Positions 8,329-16,783 are shown, counted from the stretch's first letter. The stretch is 20,000 bases of DNA from an uncultured virus (IMG/VR IMGVR_UViG_3300009703_000011) (IMGVR_UViG_3300009703_000011); one strand, 5' to 3'. Translations and numbers: made by a program. The notes: generated from the sequence alone by a model not told the origin.

Positions 8329-8631
8329 ATGTCAGAACAAGATGAACAAAAAGATCAAGGAACCGACAAGGATCGGGAAGAACTCACCCTCTCAGTAGGA
8401 TATAGTATTGGAGTCAGAACAGATGGCGGCCTATTCTTTCAACTTCATGGAGAGAAGCAAGGTGCAGTTGAGCTACTAGGCTTAAACAAGCTAGCAGAAA
8501 AGCAGATTAATACTATTGTTGATTCAAACCTAGAACAGGGTGAGCCTCAGATTATTCAGGGTCTCAACTCAATCTACAAGGAGCTACAGGGTCTTAAAGA
8601 GACTCTCACACCAGCTCCTCAAGATGGGTAA
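8329..8631 (+). CDS. hypothetical protein
   Basis: Start ATG 8329 with SD AAGGAG 8318-8323. Confidence 0.7.
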   Translation: MSEQDEQKDQGTDKDREELTLSVGYSIGVRTDGGLFFQLHGEKQGAVELLGLNKLAEKQINTIVDSNLEQGEPQIIQGLNSIYKELQGLKETLTPAPQDG

Positions 8632-8959
8632 GAGGATAACAGAAGTAGACATTTCAACTGTTGCTCCTGACTCACAAGAGTGTAAGATTATTATCTTGCA
8701 CGTTATACACCAGGCCATAAAAGACTATCAACACTTTAGGCACAAAATTAGACCGGAAGAAATAGAGGTGTACGAGAGTGCATCTAACTTCCTGTTTGAT
8801 GATGAGTATATGTTTGACTGGGGCACAGATGTTGTGAACCTTAGAATGCTATGTGAACATGTTCATATGGATATCGATTGGTTAAGAAATCAAGTAGTTA
8901 AAAAAATAGATTTAACATTCAATGACGACGGGACTATTGTTCCCGAAAGAAGATACTAA
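8624..8959 (+). CDS. hypothetical phage protein (I..QAIKDY...A..F...LC....D..WL pattern)
   Basis: Start ATG 8624 overlapping the previous stop; TAATG overlap with the next gene. Confidence 0.7.
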   Translation: MGKRITEVDISTVAPDSQECKIIILHVIHQAIKDYQHFRHKIRPEEIEVYESASNFLFDDEYMFDWGTDVVNLRMLCEHVHMDIDWLRNQVVKKIDLTFNDDGTIVPERRY

Positions 8960-9549
8960 TGAGATTTTTAATTGATGTTGATGGGGTCGTAGCGGATCTT
9001 ATAACAACGATGATTGATGATATTAATCAAGCACATCGTAAGTATAAAACGAGATTAAACCCTGAACACATAACTGATTTCTACTTTATGAATCCAGATC
9101 TAGGAATACTTTCCCCAGGAGAGTGTAAGTTTGCTATTAGAAACTTCGCTCGTCCTGGGCTTGCCTATGAGCTTCAACCTATTCCAAGTGCAGTCGAAGG
9201 TGTTCAGAAGCTGGAGAATGCAGGCCACGAAGTGGTGTTTGTTACTAGTGACTGGCAAGAATCTAGAACCTGGGTTAATGATAGGCGAGCCTGGATCTCT
9301 GAGCATTTTGGTGATCAAGAGGTTATATTCTGTCACAAGAAACATTATGTTATTGGTGATGTATTAATTGATGACAGAGCTAAGACATGTGAAACCTTTG
9401 CAACTGCACACCCAGAAGCACTTGTTCTTATGTATGATCAACCATGGAACAGAGATCATCTAATCCAGGCTGGAAATATACAACAGTTTAACTGGGGAGT
9501 CCTTGACTACATGCTTGAACATAATCTTTTCCCACACAGGAAAAAATAG
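8959..9549 (+). CDS. 5'(3')-deoxyribonucleotidase (HAD, NT5C family)
   Basis: HAD motif I DVDGVVAD, FVT, K...GDVLIDD, QPWN. Confidence 0.9.
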   Translation: MRFLIDVDGVVADLITTMIDDINQAHRKYKTRLNPEHITDFYFMNPDLGILSPGECKFAIRNFARPGLAYELQPIPSAVEGVQKLENAGHEVVFVTSDWQESRTWVNDRRAWISEHFGDQEVIFCHKKHYVIGDVLIDDRAKTCETFATAHPEALVLMYDQPWNRDHLIQAGNIQQFNWGVLDYMLEHNLFPHRKK

Positions 9550-10146
9550 ATGGGAATATTAATAGGTATCGGCCACAAGAAGCGCCGAGGAAAGGATGCA
9601 TCAGCTAATAGACTCGTAGATAAGCATGGCTTCGTTCGTGTCTCCTGGGCTGACAGTTTGAAAACAGCATGCAGGAATATATTCTTCTTTTCAGAAGAAC
9701 AACTGTATGGAAACAAGAAAGAAGTAGTAGACCCACGATGGGGGCGTACTCCACGCTGGATACTTCAGCAGTTTGGCACTGAGGCCTGCAGAGATAATAT
9801 AGATAAGGATATCTGGGTGAAATCTGCTTGGCTTAGAGTTCAAGAAATCTGGAAGGATGATCCAACAAGAGGAATCGTTATTCCAGATGTAAGATTTCCA
9901 AATGAAGCAGACTTCGTTAAAGAGAAAGGTGGTTTCCTTTGGAGAGTAGACAGGGATATTCCTGATGATGAAAACTCAGATCATCCCAGTGAAACAAGCC
10001 TGGACACTTATGAAAGATGGGATCAGATATTGAATAATAATAATGACTTAACGCATCTGTATGGAATAGTAGATGCGGCCTTAGCAGATAGCAAGGCACC
10101 TAAGCGCAGGAGGGGTGAACGTGGAGTTTACAAAGGAACAGTCTGA
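9550..10146 (+). CDS. deoxynucleoside monophosphate kinase (T4 gp1-like)
   Basis: [12 protein letters not shown]-loop variant, [29 protein letters not shown]. Confidence 0.9.
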   Translation: MGILIGIGHKKRRGKDASANRLVDKHGFVRVSWADSLKTACRNIFFFSEEQLYGNKKEVVDPRWGRTPRWILQQFGTEACRDNIDKDIWVKSAWLRVQEIWKDDPTRGIVIPDVRFPNEADFVKEKGGFLWRVDRDIPDDENSDHPSETSLDTYERWDQILNNNNDLTHLYGIVDAALADSKAPKRRRGERGVYKGTV

Positions 10147-11122
10147 TAATTTAGAGCTAATGCTAGCTGGGGTTAATAAGAAGTACGGAAAGAATACGCT
10201 AAGAACCCTTGGTGGAGATGAAGTTGTTGATATACCCAGACTTACTACAGGAGTCGCCTCTCTTGATGAGGGAAGCGGTGGAGGCTGGCCATGGGGTCGT
10301 ATTATAGAGATATATGGACCAGAAAGCTCAGGAAAGACTACTCTCACTCTGGAAGCTATTGCACAAGCCCAGAAACAGGGAAAGGTTTGTGCCTTTGTTG
10401 ACGTAGAACATGCTCTTGATGTAGTCTATGCTCAAAATCTTGGTGTTAACGTAGAAACACTTCTCATCTGTCAACCTGATACGGCAGAGGAGGCTCTTGA
10501 TATAGTAGAGATCATGTCCAACTCTGGAACCGTTGATCTTATTGTAGTTGACTCTGTTGCAGCACTCGTTCCAAAGAAAGAATTAGAAGGTGAGATGGGC
10601 GATCATGTTGTTGGCCTTCAGTCTAGGTTAATGTCTCAGGCCATGAGAAAACTAACTGGTGCTGTTTACAGAAACAATGTTCTTCTATTTTTTATCAATC
10701 AAATCAGACACAAAATAGGTGTTATGTTTGGTTCACCTGAGACTACTAGCGGAGGTAACGCTCTTAAGTTTTATGCGTCTATAAGGTGTGATATTCGTAG
10801 GCTTAAACAGGTTAAGGATGGAGACACATCGGTAGCGAATGAAACAAGGGTTAAGTTCGTTAAAAATAAGGTGGCGCCACCCTATGCTACTTCAGAATTT
10901 GTTATCAGATTTGGCACTGGCATAGATAAGATGACTGACCTCTTGCGAATTGCTGTTAAGCATAAGCATATTAAAAAGTCAGGCTCCTGGTTCTCCTACA
11001 AGGATGAGAACATTGGACAAGGCGAACCTAACGCTTCAAAGTTTCTAGAAGAAAATGAAGAAATTACAAATGAAATCAGAGAGTTGCTCAAGCCAAAAGT
11101 TATTGCAGAGGATGACTTCTGA
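10121..11122 (+). CDS. recA: recombinase RecA
   Basis: [73 protein letters not shown] 10121 fits SD GGAGG 10109-10113 better than GTG 10115. Confidence 0.97.
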   Translation: MEFTKEQSDNLELMLAGVNKKYGKNTLRTLGGDEVVDIPRLTTGVASLDEGSGGGWPWGRIIEIYGPESSGKTTLTLEAIAQAQKQGKVCAFVDVEHALDVVYAQNLGVNVETLLICQPDTAEEALDIVEIMSNSGTVDLIVVDSVAALVPKKELEGEMGDHVVGLQSRLMSQAMRKLTGAVYRNNVLLFFINQIRHKIGVMFGSPETTSGGNALKFYASIRCDIRRLKQVKDGDTSVANETRVKFVKNKVAPPYATSEFVIRFGTGIDKMTDLLRIAVKHKHIKKSGSWFSYKDENIGQGEPNASKFLEENEEITNEIRELLKPKVIAEDDF

Positions 11123-11140
11123 TTCACACGAGGTTATAGA

Positions 11141-11428
11141 ATGGATATATGTGTAACTACACGAACAGGAACATTACGAGGTTTGGTAGTAACTGAGAAG
11201 ATAAAGCTTACCATTAGTGAGGGCAAACCTATTCCCAGTACCTTCCTGGGTGGTCTCACTATATCTGATTACATAATAGCTCCTGCTTTTGAGAGGCTTA
11301 TTGTTGTACGATATGGAATGGTAGGTGGATCAAAGATAATCAATAGAATAAAAGTTTTTCTAGATGGTGTAGTTGGAAGAGAAGCTCTTCAGCCTTCACG
11401 ACCCAGTGACCCACTACTCCTGGAGTAA
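11141..11428 (+). CDS. hypothetical protein
   Basis: 95-aa ORF with upstream GAGG, filling the gap between recA and dnaE-PHP. Confidence 0.6.
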   Translation: MDICVTTRTGTLRGLVVTEKIKLTISEGKPIPSTFLGGLTISDYIIAPAFERLIVVRYGMVGGSKIINRIKVFLDGVVGREALQPSRPSDPLLLE

Positions 11429-11451
11429 TTCAGATGACTTACAGAGGTGAT

Positions 11452-11481
11452 ATGCAGGTGACAGATTTTTGTCACTTGCAT
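11452..11481 (+). other. 13-bp RNA hairpin over the 5' end of the PHP gene
   Basis: ATGCAGGTGACAG-ATTT-TTGTCACTTGCAT: 11 Watson-Crick plus 2 G-U pairs; it ends on the His codon just before the TAG of the 8-nt insert. Confidence 0.8.
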
Positions 11482-12419
11482 TAGTTTAAGTACACAGTAT
11501 GTATTCTATTCTAGATGGAGAGAATAGGATAGAAGCTCTCGTTAAGAAGGTTAAAGAATTAGGCATGAAACATTGCGCCCTTACAGATCATGGTACAATG
11601 ATGGGCATACTTGAGTTTTATAAAACTTGTAAGAAGTATGACATTAAACCTATCATGGGTGTAGAGGCATATATAACTGATGATGAAGATGGGATTCCGA
11701 AAGAGGAGAGAACAAGAGATAACAACCACCTTGTCATGGTGGCAGAAACTAATGAAGGTCTTAAGAACCTTTTTTGGCTTACCTCTAAGGCGCAGACCGA
11801 GAACTTCTATTTCAAACCAAGAATATCAAAAAAGAATCTTACACCTGAGAGAACCAAAGGAATAATTGTTTCCTCTGCTTGTCTTGGTGGACAAATTAAT
11901 AGGTGTGGTGGTTACAATCCTGAAACCAATATCTATGAAGGTCAAGATGAGATGGAGCGGTTGGCGAAGTGGTATTCTAAAACCTTCAATGGAAACTACT
12001 ACCTAGAGATTCAAGATAATGATGATGCACAACAGATTGCATATAACTCAGTCTTAAAAACAATCTCAGAGAAGAATAATATTCCCCTTGTTATTACATC
12101 GGATGCTCACTATACAGAACTTGAGAGTAGTGAGACTCATTCCTTTTTAATGGCAATGCAGTTTAAGAAAACATTACAGCAGTATGAAGAAGATGGAATC
12201 ATGAAGTATGGACCATGGTTCTATGTTCGGAGTCCAGATCAGATGTTAGAAGCTGCTAAGAAATATCAAAGTGAATCAGCATTTTGGAATACATGTGACA
12301 TAGCAAAAAGATGCAATGTTGACATTGAAATTGGTGTCTATAAAAACCCAGAGTTTGATATTAAAACTCAACCAGACTATGAAGACTTTAAAAGGTCTCA
12401 AGGAGAAGATGATGTCTGA
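11452..12419 (+). CDS. dnaE: DNA polymerase III alpha subunit, stand-alone PHP domain (5' segment interrupted by an 8-nt insert at 11482-11489)
   Basis: MQVTDFCHLH* (11452-11484) is followed in another frame by VHSMYSILDG (from 11490), TDHG, GVEAY, NNHL, SACLGG, YLEIQ, TSDAHY. The main ORF in the track is 11499-12419. Confidence 0.9.
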
Positions 12420-12681
12420 ATTATCAGATCGAATTCCAGTACTTCAAGAACAAGTTGTTGTTATTGTTGAGGCTGTACAGAAACAAAAAGAAGAAAAGAA
12501 GACAATGGCAAAGTCTTATAATGAAACAATCAAAGCTCTTGAAGCTGAACGTGATACCCTACTCCTTGAGCTTAACGCTACTAAGGATCAGGTTAAACAA
12601 GAAGCCTTGGTAGAGAAGGCTGATGATATCATCAAGGCTAATGCATCACCAGGTGGTGAAACTCACGAATTAATCCTCTAG
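12412..12681 (+). CDS. small coiled-coil hypothetical protein between dnaE fragments
   Basis: SD AGGAG 12401-12405, ATG 12412, overlapping the PHP stop; E/K-rich heptad character. Confidence 0.7.
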   Translation: MSELSDRIPVLQEQVVVIVEAVQKQKEEKKTMAKSYNETIKALEAERDTLLLELNATKDQVKQEALVEKADDIIKANASPGGETHELIL

Positions 12682-12690
12682 GGGGTAACT

Positions 12691-13059
12691 GTGGCAAAAA
12701 GAACAAGGCGGAAGAAGGGACCTGACGGTAATTTATATACAAAAGAACAGTGGAATAAAAAGTGTGGACCTGGAAGTGCTTCGAGTAATAGTTCAACAAT
12801 AGATATTAAAACGCAAGAACAGGTACAGAGAAATACCAATAAGAAACCTGTCATAGAGGAGAAAGCTAGTAAAACTGAGAAGAATAACGCACCAACACTT
12901 ATAGTTAGTTACGTATCTTCTAATGGAAACAGAATTACTAAATCTTTTCAATGTGCTTGTATCCAAATGAACGAAGACAAAACTACAGAGATGATGCTAT
13001 CAGGTCCAAAAACTAAGCTCCACTTATCTGTGGAGGCTGATGTTATAGAGGTACTCTAA
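12691..13059 (+). CDS. basic hypothetical protein between dnaE fragments
   Basis: GTG start after GGGGGT; 122 aa; its stop abuts the dnaE core ATG. Confidence 0.7.
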   Translation: MAKRTRRKKGPDGNLYTKEQWNKKCGPGSASSNSSTIDIKTQEQVQRNTNKKPVIEEKASKTEKNNAPTLIVSYVSSNGNRITKSFQCACIQMNEDKTTEMMLSGPKTKLHLSVEADVIEVL

Positions 13060-15825
13060 ATGAGTGAGCTGGATGACTACTATGTTTACAAGACAGAAAG
13101 GGGTCTTGCAGATCGTATCTCTAAACTCGCCTATGAAGTAGACGAGAAGGCTTACAAGGAGAGATTGGAATATGAAAACAAGATCATCATACAGATGGGT
13201 TACCCCGGCTACTTCCTCGTTGTACAGGACTTCATCAACTGGGCTAAGTCACAAGGTATCCTCGTTGGGCCTGGACGGGGGTCTGGTGCTGGTGCTCTGG
13301 CTTGCTTTGCCACAGGTATTACTAACGTTGACCCTATTCCCTTTGGGCTCATTTTTGAACGGTTTCTTAATCCTGCTCGGGTTTCAATGCCTGATCTTGA
13401 CATTGATTTCCCGAAAGGGCGACGTGAAGAAGTCATTCAGTATGTGAGAGATAAGTATGGAGCAGACAAGGTTGCACAGATAGGAACCTTTGGAACTCTA
13501 AAAGCTAAGGCATCGATCAAGGCTGCTTGCAGAACTCTTGGACTTCCTATACCCATGGGTGAAGAGCTAACGAAAATGTGGCCGAAGCCAGAACATGGTA
13601 AGGAGGTTAGCTTTCAGAATGCTCTAACTACTGTGCCAGATCTTAATCGTACCTACCGCTCCGCAGGGGAGAGGGGTGAGATTTTAAGATGGGCAGAGAA
13701 GATCGAGAACAGGATTTCATCTTTTGGAATCCATGCTAGTGGTGTTGTTATAGCCAATGAACCACTGCACGAAACAGTTCCCCTGGCTCTTGGTAAGAGA
13801 GGGGAGATTGTAACCCAGTGGGACATGAACAGAGTTGAAGACGTTGGTCTTATCAAGTTTGACTTTCTTGGTTTGAAGAACTTAGATGTAGTTCAGTTAG
13901 CTGTAGATCTAATCAAGAAACAAAAGAAGATTGAAATTGATATAGAGAATATACCTCTAGATGATGAGAAGGTTTATTCTAATCTACGTAAGGGAGATAA
14001 CATTGGCGTCTTCCAGCTGGAGTCTTCTAGTGGTATGAAGGATCTGTTAGTTAAGATCAAACCATCATGCCTAGAAGATCTTACAGCACTTGTAGCAATC
14101 TATAGACCTGGACCACTTGGTTCAGATAAGCTTGAAGATTATTTAAGCTGGAGAGCTGGAACTTCAGAACCAGTTTATTACCACCCAGACTTAGAGCCTA
14201 TCCTGAAGTCAACTGGTGGGTGGATTATATATCAAGAACAAGTACTTAGAATAGCAAGAGACTTGGCAGGTTATGATCTTGCCCAGGCTGATCTTCTTCG
14301 TCGAGCTGTTGGTAAGAAGAAGGCTAGTGAGATGCTTAAGCATAGAGCTGGGTTCCTGAAGGGAATAAAAGCTAATGGTTATACAGAAAACCTAGGTATA
14401 ACTCTTTGGAATGCCATAGAGATTTTTAGTTCATATGGGTTCAACAAAACAGTTGACAAGGATACCTTAGTTGCTACCGTAAATGGAGACAAGAGAATAG
14501 AGGACTGCTCAGAGCTAGATACTGTTTTCACAGTTGCCAACTCTGGAGAGATTGTTCAGTCGCAAGTTGTTGCACTTCACGATCATGGAAACGTACCTCT
14601 TTGGGAGGTAGAGTTTGATGATGGAAGTATCGAAAGATGTACTCTTGACCACAAGTGGCTTACAATATTTGGACAGCAACCACTTTGGAGAATCCTCCAA
14701 GAAGATATCCAGACCTTCGGGAACAATTCCCAAGAGTCAGGCAACAAGTTTGCCGAGGTCGGGAAAAAGGTCTATCCGAGTCAGGACAACACACTGTGGA
14801 ATAACAAAAACACAAACAATCAAAGCTTTGAGGGACCATCAAAGGCAGTGCCTGGAATGTCAAAGGCTAAGGAAGTTGATTCGTCAAAAGACGAGGGCCA
14901 AGTCAAACAGGTCTTCCCATATGAGAAAGATAGCATCCGAAACAGCAAAGAAAACCTCAGCAAGACCAGAGATACAATTACAAAGAGCGAAGGTTCTAAA
15001 GAAGTGGAGAGATTCACACCCAGAACAGTTCGCTTTGATAAAAGAAAAAGCACACTCATCTCCAAAGCTCTCCAAGATGGAGATTTGGTTACAACCTATT
15101 CTCCAGAAGCTGGGGTTTGTTCGCTCAGTCCAACTGAGGTGTGGTATAGAAAGGAAGCAAGTAGATTTCGTAAATCACTCAATGCAAACAGCAATAGAAG
15201 TGGATGGACCTTGGCATTTTCTACCGGTGAATGGAGAAGAGAACCTAAAGAAAGTTCAAGACCGGGATCGAATGTTAGAACAAGAGATTATTCATCGAAA
15301 CTGGAGGCTGATTCGTCTTTCAATGGAGAACTTTCACTCCTCTGGGAGACTTACAAAAATAAGCTTGGAACACCTTTTCAGTTTAATAGAAAGCAAACAA
15401 TATCCTCCAATCTTACTGGTAGGAAAGTTATACGAATCAGTTATAAAGGAATCTGCCAAGGTTATGATCTTGAAGTAGATCATCCAGCACATAACTTCTT
15501 GCTTAGCTCTGGTCTTTGCTGCTCTAATAGCCATGCCGTTGCCTATGCTACAATCTCTTACTGGTGTGCCTATCTTAAAACGTACCATCCTGTTGAATTC
15601 ATGACTGCTGCTCTTACAATGGATAGTGGGAACATGGATCAGATGATTATCTATTTACAAGAGTGTAAGAGGATTGGTATCCAGGTTCTCCCTCCTGATA
15701 TTAATGAGTCTGATTTGAATTTTACTCCAGTTGCCAACACTGTTAGGTTTGGCTTCACTGCGATAAAGAACTTGCGTGAAGGACCAGGTAATCACATAAT
15801 TGAGAAACGAAATGAAGAAATTTAA
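13060..15825 (+). CDS. dnaE: DNA polymerase III alpha subunit catalytic core, intein-containing
   Basis: GPGRGSGAG, FERFLNP.R.SMPDLDIDF, GIHASGV, KFDFLGL, GVFQLES, YRPGP, IYQEQ, AD.LRRA.GKK; YGFNK/SHA.AY is rejoined after intein removal. Confidence 0.95.
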   Translation: MSELDDYYVYKTERGLADRISKLAYEVDEKAYKERLEYENKIIIQMGYPGYFLVVQDFINWAKSQGILVGPGRGSGAGALACFATGITNVDPIPFGLIFERFLNPARVSMPDLDIDFPKGRREEVIQYVRDKYGADKVAQIGTFGTLKAKASIKAACRTLGLPIPMGEELTKMWPKPEHGKEVSFQNALTTVPDLNRTYRSAGERGEILRWAEKIENRISSFGIHASGVVIANEPLHETVPLALGKRGEIVTQWDMNRVEDVGLIKFDFLGLKNLDVVQLAVDLIKKQKKIEIDIENIPLDDEKVYSNLRKGDNIGVFQLESSSGMKDLLVKIKPSCLEDLTALVAIYRPGPLGSDKLEDYLSWRAGTSEPVYYHPDLEPILKSTGGWIIYQEQVLRIARDLAGYDLAQADLLRRAVGKKKASEMLKHRAGFLKGIKANGYTENLGITLWNAIEIFSSYGFNKTVDKDTLVATVNGDKRIEDCSELDTVFTVANSGEIVQSQVVALHDHGNVPLWEVEFDDGSIERCTLDHKWLTIFGQQPLWRILQEDIQTFGNNSQESGNKFAEVGKKVYPSQDNTLWNNKNTNNQSFEGPSKAVPGMSKAKEVDSSKDEGQVKQVFPYEKDSIRNSKENLSKTRDTITKSEGSKEVERFTPRTVRFDKRKSTLISKALQDGDLVTTYSPEAGVCSLSPTEVWYRKEASRFRKSLNANSNRSGWTLAFSTGEWRREPKESSRPGSNVRTRDYSSKLEADSSFNGELSLLWETYKNKLGTPFQFNRKQTISSNLTGRKVIRISYKGICQGYDLEVDHPAHNFLLSSGLCCSNSHAVAYATISYWCAYLKTYHPVEFMTAALTMDSGNMDQMIIYLQECKRIGIQVLPPDINESDLNFTPVANTVRFGFTAIKNLREGPGNHIIEKRNEEI
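14449..15528 (+). mobile_element. intein (360 aa) in DnaE at YGFNK|SH
   Basis: Removing residues 464-823 restores YGFNKSHAVAY. Block A-like TVDKDTLV, block B CTLDHKW, block F GYDLEV..HNF, block G SGLCCSN|S. Confidence 0.9.
14618..15478 (+). CDS. DUF559/Vsr-like (EDxHD-type) endonuclease nested in the +1 frame inside the intein
   Basis: SKME..L...L..LGF, VDF......AIEVDG.WH, DRDR......NW.LIRL; N-terminal HCG...H...C..C; SD GGGAGGT 14603-14609, 8 nt before ATG 14618. Confidence 0.85.
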   Translation: MMEVSKDVLLTTSGLQYLDSNHFGESSKKISRPSGTIPKSQATSLPRSGKRSIRVRTTHCGITKTQTIKALRDHQRQCLECQRLRKLIRQKTRAKSNRSSHMRKIASETAKKTSARPEIQLQRAKVLKKWRDSHPEQFALIKEKAHSSPKLSKMEIWLQPILQKLGFVRSVQLRCGIERKQVDFVNHSMQTAIEVDGPWHFLPVNGEENLKKVQDRDRMLEQEIIHRNWRLIRLSMENFHSSGRLTKISLEHLFSLIESKQYPPILLVGKLYESVIKESAKVMILK

Positions 15826-16783
15826 GGACTTCTTTGATTTTTGTAAAAGAGTTGACACTGGGCTTATAAATAAGAAGAAGCTCGAATCCCTAATCTTATC
15901 AGGTGCTTTTGATTTTACACAGCAGACCAGAAGCACTCTGCTTCAGGCGCTAGAAGATGTTCTCGTTTTTAAATCAGAACGAAAGAAGTATGAAAAGAAA
16001 CTTGAGACCTTTCATAAAAAGACTGAGGCTTATCTAGAAAGACTTGAGGCTATAGAGAGGGACGAGAAGGGTGCTAATGGAAACAAGCTAAGACCTTTCA
16101 AGAAACCAGAAGAGCCTCTTGCTCCAGGTCAACCATCTTATGCACATGAAGAGGAGATGTCTCAGCAGCTCCTTCTGCAGAAAGAGAGAGAACTTACAGG
16201 GTTCTTTATTTCGGGTCATCCTCTTGACGGGTTTGGCTCTAGGATAAAGACTACTATAAGATCTTTAAGAGTTAATAAACCTGAGCAAATTGATTTTGTA
16301 TGTATAATTTCAGATACTACAATCAAAGAATCAAAGAAGAAACAAAGATATGCCTTTATCAGGTTTGAAGATTTAACTGGAACCATAGAAGGTGTAATCT
16401 GGCCATGGTTATATAAGAAGAACAAACATAATATTCTACCCAACATACCAGTCAGGGTTGCTGCGAAGGTTACTTATACTGAAGCAGAACCAGATGAAGA
16501 CTCTGTAGAGGATGAAGTAATTCCATATTTGGATATCAAACACATAGAACTATTGGAGAAGCCTGCACAGGAGAGTATGAATATTAGGATGGATGTTCCA
16601 CTAACAATGAAAAACATTTCTTCTGTAAAGAAAATTCTTGAAAAGAATGCTGGCCAATCAGGTGTTGCGTCTGTTAGGTTTTCATCTAACTCAGGCAGTA
16701 CGCTTGGTGTACCCAAGGTTTATGGGATTAATAAAAATGGAAGAACAATTAGAACAGAAGTCCTCAGAGTTACAAAACAGTGA
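15812..16783 (+). CDS. dnaE: DNA polymerase III alpha subunit C-terminal part (HhH + OB fold)
   Basis: FKDFFDFCKRV, NKKKLESLI.SGAFD, KERELTGFFISGHPL, AFIRFEDLTG.IE..IWP. It is in the +1 frame relative to the core; ATG 15812 (or TTG 15800). Confidence 0.9.
   Translation: MKKFKDFFDFCKRVDTGLINKKKLESLILSGAFDFTQQTRSTLLQALEDVLVFKSERKKYEKKLETFHKKTEAYLERLEAIERDEKGANGNKLRPFKKPEEPLAPGQPSYAHEEEMSQQLLLQKERELTGFFISGHPLDGFGSRIKTTIRSLRVNKPEQIDFVCIISDTTIKESKKKQRYAFIRFEDLTGTIEGVIWPWLYKKNKHNILPNIPVRVAAKVTYTEAEPDEDSVEDEVIPYLDIKHIELLEKPAQESMNIRMDVPLTMKNISSVKKILEKNAGQSGVASVRFSSNSGSTLGVPKVYGINKNGRTIRTEVLRVTKQ

Noticed and set aside
11482..11484. TAG reassignment (alternative genetic code) as the explanation of the PHP stop
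   Set aside because: Readthrough stays in the wrong frame (8-nt offset). TAG also ends several well-defined genes (1628, 9549, 12681), and long genes are intact under code 11.
12412..13071. Shared N-terminus MSEL in ORF 12412 and the DnaE core as a duplication scar
   Set aside because: The DNA differs (ATGTCTGAATTA versus ATGAGTGAGCTG), and a 4-residue match is unremarkable.
14449..15528. Class 3 intein (Trp at block B position 12)
   Set aside because: The required block F Cys is Asp (GYDL) and the block G Thr is absent.
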